Origin: Octopus vulgaris
Taxonomy: Eukaryota
DNA length: 64,000 nucleotides
Assembly (NCBI GenBank): GCA_951406725.2
Contig: OX597817.1
Coordinates: 38,440,001-38,504,000, forward strand
Direction: 5' to 3'
Shown: positions 1 through 11,315 of the stretch, piece after piece
Numbering within the stretch: the first letter of the stretch is position 1
Layout: every line of letters begins with the position of its first letter
Notes under the pieces: generated by a model
Seen by the model: the letters and a program-made list of their open reading frames with translations, nothing else
Databases searched by the model: none
Told to the model about the DNA's origin: nothing
Made by a program: the position numbers and the translations under genes

Positions 1-6
1 ACTCAT

Positions 7-61
<55 letters not shown>

Positions 62-94
62 GCACATATATATATATATATATATATATTCTTT

Positions 95-495
95 TCTTTT
101 TTCTTTTACTTGTTTCAGTCATTTGACTGTGGCCATGCTGGAGCACCGCCTTTAATCGAGCAACTCGACCCCGGGACTTATTCTTTTGTAAGCCCAGTAC
201 TTATTCTATCGGTCACTTTTGCCGAACTGCTAGGTAACAGGGACATAAACACACCAGCATCGGTTGTCAAGCAATGCTAGGAGGACAAACACAGACACAA
301 TCACACACACGCATATTTATATATATACATATATACGACGGGCTTCTTTCAGTTTTCGTCTACCAAATCCACTCACAAGGCTTTGGTCGGCCCGAGGCTA
401 TAGTAGAAGACACTTGCCCAAGGTGCCATGCAGTGGGACTGAACCCGGAAACATGTGGTTGGTAAACAAGCTACCTACCACACAGCCACTCCTGC
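95..495 (-). mobile_element. tRNA-derived SINE, family A, near full length
   Basis: Minus strand starts GCAGGAGTGGCTGTGTGG (A box) ... GGTTCAGTCCC (B box), then GGCACCTTGGGCAAG, an internal microsatellite and a 3' tail GGTGCTCCAGCATGGCCACAGTC...GAAACAAGTAAAAGA; pieces recur many times in the window. Confidence 0.85.
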
Positions 496-736
496 ATATA
501 TATATATATATATATGCGCATATGAACCCATGCTGAGCAGCAAAATTTTAGCTCATCTAAATGTGATGCTTAATTACTTAGTGTGCAGCAGAACGACTCG
601 CCTGGTAGTCAGAGTCATGAATTAAATACTCGAGAAGAACGAACCTCAAATATACCACATAAGGAAAATAGGGAATATTTAACAGCTACCAATAGTCTGG
701 TATCTATTCAACTCTCAGGCGCCGTTGAACTAATCA

Positions 737-1013
<277 letters not shown>

Positions 1014-1160
1014 AAAAGCAATAAAGATTCAAGTTAATTTAAATGAATTTACTTGAATATGGTACCTAACTTAGATGCACCAAAAAAAACTATACTGATT
1101 TAACAATACAGTAATGTGGGGTGATTATAAGCGAGAATGAAGCAACAAGAATGGATAGGT

Positions 1161-1251
1161 TTTTAGTACAATCGTTTCATACAAGGACAGGTTTTATTAA
1201 AAGCTGCAAAAATTACAACATATAAACGTGTCCCGTACTCATCAGCTAAAA
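1161..1251 (-). ncRNA. Type I hammerhead ribozyme motif (left-arm mirror copy)
   Basis: Reverse complement of the motif at 1459-1549. Confidence 0.75.
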
Positions 1252-1458
1252 TACATGTGAGTTCTCTAGACATCCTAGTGGTTGAGGCTATACTCATGAA
1301 GTAATGTAGATAATTAAGTAACATAAACAGATTTCAGTTCATTAAAGTTCTTTAAAGAACTTTAATGAACTTTTGAAATCTGTTTATGTTACTTAATTAT
1401 CTACATTACTTCATGAGTATAGCCTCAACCACTAGGATGTCTAGAGAACTCACATGTA

Positions 1459-1549
1459 TTTTAGCTGATGAGTACGGGACACGTTTATATGCTGTAATTT
1501 TTGCAGCTTTTAATAAAACCTGTCCTTGTATGAAACGATTGTACTAAAA
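1459..1549 (+). ncRNA. Type I hammerhead ribozyme motif
   Basis: Stem I TTTTAG/CTAAAA; core CTGATGA (1465-1471); long stem II GTACGGGACA/TGTCCTTGTAT; GAAAC-gatt-GTA with predicted cleavage after 1543. Confidence 0.8.
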
Positions 1550-1579
1550 ACCTATCCATTCTTGTTGCTTCATTCTCGC

Positions 1580-1625
<46 letters not shown>

Positions 1626-1637
1626 TACAAATATATT

Positions 1638-1676
<39 letters not shown>

Positions 1677-1707
1677 TATATACACTCTTTCACTCTTTTA
1701 ATCTTTT

Positions 1708-2963
1708 ACTTTGATAAGGTACAAATTGGCATGATAAGTCATAAGGTGCCAAACCTTGGCATTGCTGGTAAACTGGGAGAATGGTTGCATGACTTACTTA
1801 AAAACAGAAGTCAGGTGGTTGCAGCCAATGGCGCCTTTTCTAAGGAAACTGTAATCGTGAGTGGTGTCCCTCAGGGAACTGTTCTGGGGCCATTACTGTT
1901 CATAATAGCCCTCTTAGACATGCCTACAGTCACTCGGACAGCCGCTGTCACTAGCTATGCCGATGACACAAAATTATCACAGGCAGTAAAAAATCAAGAG
2001 GCAATTACATGCTTACAGTAGGACCTGAACTCAGTATACAAGTGGGCCGAAATAAATAACATGCAGTTTAATGCTGGAAAATTTCAAGCACTGCAATATA
2101 AACTCAGTACAAATACAGTACAATGTACATTTACAAGACCCGAATGCACTACAATCCCAGAGTCACAGGCAGTGAAAGACTTGGGGATCGACGCATCATT
2201 TCATATGCACATAAGCAAGATGGCAGCAAAATGCAGACAATTGGCAGGATGGATACAGAGATCCTTCATGAAAAGAGACCAAGAAAGTATGTTGACCTCG
2301 TGGAGAACCTTTGTTCTCAGCCGCCTGGACTACTGTACCTAGCTATGGTCACCACATAGTGCCAAACTAACAGCGGAGCTTGAAGCAGTCCAACGCTACT
2401 ACACTAAAAAGATTGAAAGAGTGCAGTGGATGAGCTACAGGGATAGGCTGAGAAAACAACATCTTTACTCCTTGTAGCGAAGGCTAGACAGATACGCAAT
2501 AATATAACATATGGAAAATCCTAGAAGGGCTAGTACCTAACTTTGGCATTGAGTGTTATACAAATGCCAGAACTGGCCGCCATTGCATTGTACCAAAGGT
2601 ACCGTCCACTCCATCTAAATTCAGAACTAGGTATTGCAATAGTCTAGGGTTCAAAGGCCCACAGCTTTTGAATGCACTGCCACAAAAATTAAGAAATTTG
2701 CGTAAGGTGGAAGTAGATATCTTCAAAAAGGAATTAGACATCCTTCTCTCCACAATGCCGGATGAACCAACAGCTCGACATGAGGTACAGACGAGGGCTG
2801 CGGAATCAAACTCAATTATACATCAAATGTACCAACAGCTGGGAAAAAGGCACATACAGGAGTGGTGATGTGAAACACCTAGATTGAGGAAATTAGAGAG
2901 ACCATGGTGGTGCTCCAGCATGACCACAGTCGCATGGCTGAAACGAGTAAAAGAGTAAAAGAG
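1708..2963 (+). mobile_element. 5'-truncated CR1/L2-group LINE (RT pseudogene plus 3' tail)
   Basis: SGVPQGTVLGPLLF, YADDTK, MQFNAGKF, VLSRLDYC and DILLSTMPDEP motifs broken by stops and frameshifts; ends in (GTAAAAGA)n. Confidence 0.9.
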
Positions 2964-3031
<68 letters not shown>

Positions 3032-3607
3032 CTAGCAGTATCGCCCGGCGTTGCTCGGGTTTGTAAGGGAAATAACTATATAAGCATTTTTAGAGAGTTA
3101 TAGCCAAAAAATAGCAAAAAATGCATTAAAAATGGAAAAAAATATGATGGTAAATTTTTTTAAAATCGTTGACTCATGTATACGCTTTCTTAGCTATTTC
3201 TGTTTTGGTGTCTTCAAGCCATGAAGTCGTTGTTCTAAGAGAACGCTGGTTTCCTTGACAACGCTTTACGACGTTGATTTCCTTACACTCCCTTCCCCAC
3301 AACTTCACGAGGTAGGGAAGAAGGGGGAGAAGCAAACAGGTGAAGGTGTGACGATGGACGCCAACTCCGCCGCCATCGACACACGAAAAATTATGCATTA
3401 AAATGGAATAAAAAATGATGTCAAATTATTTTTTAAATCGTAGACTCATCGTAGACACACGCTAATACTCAGACGGGCTCGATATGAATCACGACTATAA
3501 GATACCCGAATTTGGTTAAACTGCACCGCAATATGTGGGAGTAGTTAGGTAGGAATCTAAATTGAAGGGGACAGACACTCACACAACTACAGTTTTATAT
3601 ATATAGA
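3032..3607 (-). mobile_element. Non-autonomous Helitron-like element
   Basis: Minus strand ends with hairpin CCCG-AGCAACGC-CGGG then CTAG|T, and begins A|TC within TA repeats; internal duplicated ATGCATTAAAA...AAATCGT.GACTCAT block. Confidence 0.75.
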
Positions 3608-3621
3608 TATAGATATATATA

Positions 3622-3676
<55 letters not shown>

Positions 3677-3678
<2 letters not shown>

Positions 3679-3878
3679 ATGTGCCTGTGTTTGTCACCCC
3701 AACATCACTTGACAACCGATGGTGGTGTGTTTACGTCCTCGTAACCTAGCGGTTCGGCAAAAGAGACTGATAGAATAAGTACTAGGCTTACAAAGAATAA
3801 GTTCTGGGGGCGATTTGCTCGACTAAAGGCGGTGCTCCAGCATGGCCGCAGTCAAATGACTGAAGCAAGTAAAAGAGT
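3677..3878 (+). mobile_element. SINE family A, 3' half
   Basis: Matches the reverse complement of 95-300; ends AAGTAAAAGAG. Confidence 0.85.
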
Positions 3879-4902
3879 ATACATATATATATATATACTT
3901 TTTGATGTACTTTTAGATCAGTTCAAATCTATTTGGGAGATATTTGATTTGTAAAAAGGCCATTTTTATTACAGTCTGAGGTGGAGAATTTCTCGCTTTA
4001 TGCAACAGATGTTAAGCATTCAGCAATTATTTTAGGACGCTCTCTGTGAACCGGTGAATGCATTTACAGCTACTGTGCAATCATCGGTGCCGATTACCAA
4101 AAGAGATAACTCATGAAGAAAAAAAAAGACGAAATATGTCTTTTAAACTATGAACTCTCTTCTATCTTTTTTTATATTTATAAAACTTAGTAGAATGATG
4201 AATTTAGCTTAATTGATTTGTTTCTTGAGTTAATGCCGCTCCAATGATCCAAAGAAGGATAAAATACTATTATACGTGGCTACTAACGACGAAAAAAATT
4301 AGGAACACTATTATATTTTATGTAAAGGAAAAACAAAATAATTAAACATTTTTTAAATTGAAAATTAATATGCAAGTTTTTCAACTTTGTTTAACCGAGA
4401 AGAGATTCTCTTCCCTTTAGTAGCAATTTTACCGCCAGAGGCAAACCGCGTTTTTTAAATGCTCTGTTGCTTTTCCAAGGTTACCCACGAAGTCTGGCGG
4501 CAATAGCCACTGAGAGATGAATATAAAGAATGCATGTTCTAACTCATCGCGACGGCTAGCATAATACGAAACAAAAGCCAGAAATCCTTCTCTGCATCCA
4601 AGAAGAATATACTAAAGCGAGCTTGTGAAACTTCTTTGTAGCAGAAAAAAAAGTTAACTATGACAACGCAAAGAACCTTTTTGCAAGGAAATATTGCCCT
4701 GGAGCCTTTCTGCAAGGAGCAATTGCCCTGGAAATATTTAACCTGTATGTAAGAAATTCCTCTTTTTCTCTATTCTCTACTGCTAATCAGTTAACGATTT
4801 AGGATGAAGAAAAAAAAGATATATGCCAACTAAATGTGGCGGTCCCATAGAGGATGATGCTACTCTTGTTTTTAGCTCCAGGAGAAGGAGATTTAATATT
4901 GC

Positions 4903-4938
<36 letters not shown>

Positions 4939-5334
4939 TGTATGTATGTATGTATGTATGTATGTATGTATGCATGCATGTATGTATGTATACATGTATG
5001 TATGTAAGTATATATATATATACAACTATTGTGAAATTCCATTTATGGATGTGTTCTCGCGTGGCCTTAGACATGTTTGTTCACATCGATACTGTGCTTA
5101 TGCTTTGTCCAATTTGTGTCCCATAAATTAACGGTGCAACGAATACTGATAGACATAAGAATTATTAGGAGTAATTCTCTAATGCATCTTAGATGTGGAT
5201 GTAGTATAACAAAAAGGTGATTTTCATTAAGAAGTTGTAACACATAAGACATTGTCACGTAGCGTTCCAGCATAGCTACACTACAGTGGTAGAAACAAGT
5301 AAAAAAAAATAGTGAATAATTAATGTATGGCATT

Positions 5335-5520
5335 TGTTGTAATTGTTCAGCCCAAGTTAGCTCTTATTGAACATATCTATGACCTACTACATTCCAGCCG
5401 TAGATCTCTCGTCTTTCTTCCTAAGTATAGCCCATATCAGCAAGAACATTACTCAAGTCCAGTGCATTAAAACGACAAGGTAAGATTTGAAAGAGATTGA
5501 GATTTATCTAGCTACATTTT
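5335..5520. mobile_element. Old degenerate interspersed repeat, family C (probable SINE); related copies near 10.0, 12.4, 14.5, 15.6, 17.3, 42.3, 43.15, 47.2-47.5 and 52.9-53.5 kb
   Basis: Recurrent consensus GTTGTTTAGCCCCAGGTCAGC...ATCAAAGGCATTCCAGCCATGACCATC. Confidence 0.55.
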
Positions 5521-5549
5521 TTCTATTAAACTATCCAGCCATCAGTTTG

Positions 5550-5834
<285 letters not shown>

Positions 5835-6285
5835 AGGTTGTCAAGGAAGCTCTTGCGGTTTTTAACTTTTAAATTTAGAACGTTGGCAATTTCTAAAACG
5901 TTGTACATCGCATAAATGCGAAACTGGTTGCATGTCTTTTCATTCTTTGTGTTAGTATTTTATCAAATATAGGCTATCTGAAAGAAATAAAACCTCTTAA
6001 TTGGTCAGACAGGAATCGTATATTAATAATTCAGTGGTCTCAAATACCCTTCGCTTTCTGTAGTTAATTCAAGAACGTAAAATCGTAGGAAATAAGACAT
6101 TTATAATGAAAAGACAGATACGTGTAGAAATACTTGCAAACTGGTAATTCAAATTTTTATTTTGTAAAAATTCAAATGATATTTTTGTTAAATTTTTCAA
6201 ATTTGGTTTTCAAATTACTTTTACACACACGCGCGCACACGCACGCACGCACATGCATGCATACATACATACATACATACATACA

Positions 6286-6316
<31 letters not shown>

Positions 6317-6434
6317 CAGCCGAAATTGCTAAGATGATCTGGTTCTTGACTGATGACTGAGGGCTTCGAATGTCCCGTCCTGTGGTTCTTGTGTCGTCTC
6401 TGTGGCGTTTCATGTTCTTGTCCATGTCTGTAAT

Positions 6435-6505
<71 letters not shown>

Positions 6506-6507
<2 letters not shown>

Positions 6508-6860
6508 AGAGTTAAGGAATGGGGTAGGTAAGATCCGGGTTACATATGTTTCATAGCAAGCGGAACCTCGGAAGTGGTAAATATCCAAGCTAAATGTATA
6601 CTGCAGGCTACACGTTAGGCCGAGGATATCTTGATTAAATGTAAGTTTACATTGTTTCAAGGAGGTACATTCTGATTGAATCTTCCGTGTGTTAACATGT
6701 GCCTCCTTGCGACAATATCAACTTTCATTTAAACAAGATACCCATGGCCTAACGATTAGCTTGCAGTATACACTTCCCTTGGATATTTACCACTTCCGAG
6801 GTTCCTCTCTCTATGAAACATATGTAGCCTGGATCTTACTTTTCCATTCCTTAACTCTTG
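6506..6860. repeat. Imperfect 355-bp inverted repeat with a degenerate hammerhead in each arm
   Basis: CAAGAGTTAAGGAATGG mirrored by CCATTCCTTAACTCTTG; right arm GGC-CTAACGA...CTAT-GAAAC-atat-GTA-GCC (6746-6829). Confidence 0.85.
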
Positions 6861-7069
6861 TATTCTTATTCGCATACCCGGCCTACCGTGAAATATAAAA
6901 AGAATTTTTTCCAGAATATCGTACTTCAATACGAAAAATCCACAACCTTCCGCTTCAATAAATCGCTATTGTTCCCGAAAAGTGTTTTTTTTTTAATATT
7001 TACTACGGATTGCTTGAAGCTAACTTTCTTCCTAGACCTCGATCTTTGAATCTTTCATTTATATTTATA

Positions 7070-7837
7070 CTAGGCTACTAGTGACCTGTTGGGTCACCAG
7101 TAGTTCAAGGTACCCGAAAAACCGCGTATCTCGGGAACCGGGTGTCCGATTCACGCAAAACTTGTTTTATTCCTTTTGTATTCACATTTCAATGGTACTT
7201 TACTTTCAAAGCATTTTTCTCATTATGCGCCGGTTTGGTTGTTTATAAAAGTACCCGAAAAAACGCGTATCTCGGGAACCCGAAGTCCGATTTACGCGAA
7301 ACTTATTTTGTTCCGTTTGTATTTATGTGTCAATAGTATCTTACTTTCAGAGTACTTTCAAATTATGCGCTGGTTTAGCTGTCTTAAATTACAGACAAGC
7401 ATGCACGCAAGCAAGCAATCATAAAGATACCCCAAAAAAACCCGTGTCTCGGGAACCCGTGGTCCGATTTACGCGAAACTTGCCTTATTCCGTTTGTATT
7501 CACATTTCAGAGAAAACTTAATTTCAGACAAGCGCGCACGCAAGCATGCATGTAAACAAAACTATCCAGGTGTTCATAGTAAAGAGCAATAACTCCAGGT
7601 TTCGTTGCCTAAATTTATAGAAACAAACCCCAAAAGACCGTGTATTTCGGGAATCCGTGGTCCGAATTACGCGAAGTTTGTTTTATTCTGTTTGTATTCA
7701 CATTTCAGGAGTATTTTACTTTCAGGGTATTTCCCCGTTATGCGATGGTTCGGTTGGATTAAATTACAAACAAGCAAGCAAACATGCAAGTAAGCTAGCA
7801 CACAAGGAAGCAAGCACGCAAGAAAGCACTCACAGAC

Positions 7838-7850
<13 letters not shown>
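7070..7850 (-). mobile_element. Helitron/Helentron-like non-autonomous element with four internal tandem units
   Basis: CTAG at 7070 next to hairpin CTACTAGTGACC/GGTCACCAGTAG; units start near 7111, 7252, 7428 and 7626 with TACCCGAAAA...TCTCGGGAACC...GTCCGATT.ACGCGAAAC. Confidence 0.65.
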
Positions 7851-7920
<70 letters not shown>

Positions 7921-8024
7921 CACACACACACACACAGAGGCGATGGACTATACATTTAGAAAATATTAACTTATTTGTATTTCAAATATACAAATGATAC
8001 ATTTGTTTTTATTTTAAGGTATCT

Positions 8025-8296
8025 ATTTTTATCTTTTACTTGTTTCAGTCATTAGGTTACGGCCATACTGGAGCACCACCTTGAGGGATTTAGTCCATAG
8101 GTTCTTAACATAGGCGATACCGCCCCGTGTCAGTGAGGTGGTAGTGATGGGGATGGTGAAGTAACATAATTAACATACTATATATATATAATCCGAGGCT
8201 ATGATTGAAGAGACTTACAGAAGGTGCCGCGTGGTCTTAACTCGAAGATACATGGTTGCAAAGCGAGCTTCTTAAGCACAGACCCATGCCTCCGCC
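8025..8296 (-). mobile_element. Degenerate, interrupted SINE family A
   Basis: Tail CTTTTACTTGTTTCAGTCATT and head ...AAGGTGCCGCGTGG...CATGCCTCCGCC. Confidence 0.65.
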
Positions 8297-8499
8297 TTTA
8301 ATACAAATATTTGTGTTATTTTTAATTGATGTATAGAAGTTGTAAAGATGTAGTAGAGTGAAGTTGTTCGTGTAGAGAGGTAATTGTATCGTCACCAATG
8401 TAGAGATGTATTATAGAATTGTTGATGTACAGATGTAGCAGTGAAGCCAAAGCCAACGAGATAAATTTCGTGAAGTTAAAGAAGACTGTCTCTAGACCC

Positions 8500-9040
8500 C
8501 GGGAATGCATTGTCAGAAGAGAGCGATCACATTCTTAGAAAAGAATGGTTTGCTCACTAACACGCGGCATGGTTTCAATTCAGAAAGGAGCTGCCTCACA
8601 CAGCTACTAGAGTATTTTGAGTGGTTACTGAATCAACAAATTAATCATTTAAATGAGAGGGCGATATATCTCGACTTTACCAAGCTCTTTGATGGAGTTG
8701 ATCACAGAATGATGTTACAAACTGAGTGCCCTTGGTATAGTTGGAAAATTAGAGGAGCGCTATATGAATTTTTAAAAGACAGGAGTTTGGCAATTTCAGC
8801 CAATAGTGCTCTTTCTGACAGGACATCCCTTTTAAGCGGAGTCCATCAGGGAACTGTACTAGGACCAATACTAATTCTAGTGACTATGACATGTCAATAG
8901 TCATGCAGTCAGTTATTCTTAGTAACTATGCTGACCATACAAAAGTATTACATCGCAGTCAAGGTCACTGATGATAACTCAAAACCACAGAAAGACCTGA
9001 ACGCAATATAAGAGTGGGCTGAAGATATAACATACAGTTC
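8500..9040 (+). mobile_element. Decayed CR1/L2-group LINE RT fragment
   Basis: HGFNSERSCLTQLL, IYLDFTKLFDGVDH, SGVHQGTVLGPIL and a YAD-like motif. Confidence 0.85.
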
Positions 9041-9311
9041 GGGGCTTAGAATAACTTTCAATTCCAAGGTTAAGTACTGGTACCACTAGGATCTTGTGTG
9101 TGTGTGTTTGTGTGTGGGTGTGGTGTGGGTGAGTGTGCTTGTGTTTGTTTGTGTGTGTGTGAATGAGGAAATAAAACTTATCAAAACAGTATAACTAATG
9201 CCCTACTTTACTGTGCTAAATAGATTTCAGTAAGAGATATTTCATCTAGCAAGTAAGCTATCCGTATACCTATATGTGTTTGTGTGTGTATGTGTGTGCA
9301 TTCGCACGCGC

Positions 9312-9370
<59 letters not shown>

Positions 9371-9478
9371 TGCATACATACATACATACATACATACATA
9401 CATACATACATACATACATACATACATACATACATACATACATACATGCATACATACATACATACATACATACATACA

Positions 9479-9511
<33 letters not shown>

Positions 9512-9868
9512 CTGCTTTTGAAGAACCTGTTTTAAATTACACAAAATCTTAATTGTAATATTCCTATTCTTTATTCTTACGAAATTCAAATTCTTAATTA
9601 ATATTGTAAATTCAATAGAATTTTAATCCGAAGGAAATAGTAGTAAATGTTATTTCTGCCGAAATTCGGCTCAAGTTACATATATCACATAGCTATATAC
9701 ACATATAAATATATACACATATAGATACATACACATATAAACAGAGTATTTTGACACATTTCCTTTTGAATGCTCTTTTCTTTCTGTTTATTTTCTTCGT
9801 TGAATAGTTTGAATATTTTAATTTTTCCATAATTACTTCCTGTCTAAGCTAAACTGATTTAGGCGGGG

Positions 9869-9902
<34 letters not shown>

Positions 9903-10590
9903 CCTCCCTCTCCCCTCTCTCTCTGTGGTCACATGTTATAGTTGAATACCCTCTGAAATTTCAGAACTTCCGACGATCCAGTGAAGGAGCCTCAGTATGC
10001 TTGCTCGATTTGTTTGAAATAGCAACTAAATCCAACTTACCGTCTTTTGTTTAAAAGGATTACTGAACAATATAGTCTATGTTGTATAAGAAAACGGGAT
10101 AGTCACGACTAGAACAGCACTGAACATAGCTCTACTCAATCGGAGCTGATCTGGGCTTAATAACAACAATCAGTATTAATCAAAAGAAAAGAACAAAACT
10201 AAATAATTTTTTTTAATCATAAACATGGAGTATTTTTAATAAGGTGCAGCTCTATGAGAATTTTTTTTAAATGTATTTTACTCTGTTTGGAGAAACTTGC
10301 GATCAAAAGGATTTCCTAACATGACCATTTTTTTTCATTTTTTTGTCCAGATTGTAACAATCATCAATTTAGAAATAAGTTAAATGTTAAATGGAAAGTA
10401 ATACATGTTAAACAAAAAGTTAAAGAGAATTTGTGAAATTGGCATGACTCTTGACAGGCAACCCAACAGTTTGCCTTTTTTCCATTGTGTGATGAAATAC
10501 AAAATCCCGAAACATCATGCTTTCCATTTCTCTTGGTAACTAAGCTTATCGACATACCATGAACCGTCACTCTCTCTCTCTGTCTAACTC

Positions 10591-10660
<70 letters not shown>

Positions 10661-10904
10661 GCTTCTCACTGTGAAAACTACTTTGGTTTTTCTACCTGTA
10701 CTAATTCTTTCACATCTTGTTCGACTTGCATTTTCGATAATTTAGGTCTGTGAAAATAGAATGCTTTTTAATCACGAGGTTTCGTTTTCAGTTCCACTGC
10801 ACGACACTTTGGGCAAATGTTTTTCTTGTACAATATTACACCCCAGACCGACCAATGCTTTGAGAGTGAATATGACAGGTGGAAACTGCATGGAAACTCG
10901 TCAG

Positions 10905-10933
10905 ATATACATACATACAGACAGACAAACCGG

Positions 10934-11005
<72 letters not shown>

Positions 11006-11315
11006 CAGGCAGGCAGGCAGGCAGGCAGGTAGGTATGTAGGTAGGTAAGTATATATATAGGTTGGTTGGTAGGTAGGTAGGTAGGTAGGTAGGTAGGTAG
11101 GTAGGTAGGTAGGTAGGTAGGTAGGTAGGTAGGTAAGTAGGTATGTATGTAGGTAGGTAGGTAGGTAGGTAGGTAGGTAGGTAGGTAGGTAGATAGGAAG
11201 GTAGGTAGGTAGGTAGGTAGGTAGGTAGGTAGGTAGGTAGGTAGGTAGGTAGGTAGGTAGGTGGGTAGGTAGGTAGGTGGGTAGGTAGGTAGGTAGATAT
11301 GTAGGTAGGCAGGTA
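10905..11315. repeat. Compound (GACA)n/(GATA)n/(GTAG)n microsatellite
   Basis: Direct reading. Confidence 0.95.

Larger units (their letters stand above)
1131..1579. repeat. 449-bp near-perfect palindrome, probably an inverted Penelope-like terminal repeat
   Basis: GCGAGAATGAAGCAACAAG... mirrored by ...CTTGTTGCTTCATTCTCGC; centre at 1353/1354 with no spacer; one substitution and one 3-nt indel noticed. Confidence 0.95.

Noticed and set aside
420-495. tRNA gene
   Set aside because: The A and B boxes belong to a SINE head; no full cloverleaf
6316-6440. Hammerhead at CTGATGA (6350)
   Set aside because: No downstream GAAA or stem I partner; probably only a module end
9205-9255. Minus-strand hammerhead-like layout
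   Set aside because: The core lacks CT and stem II does not pair convincingly
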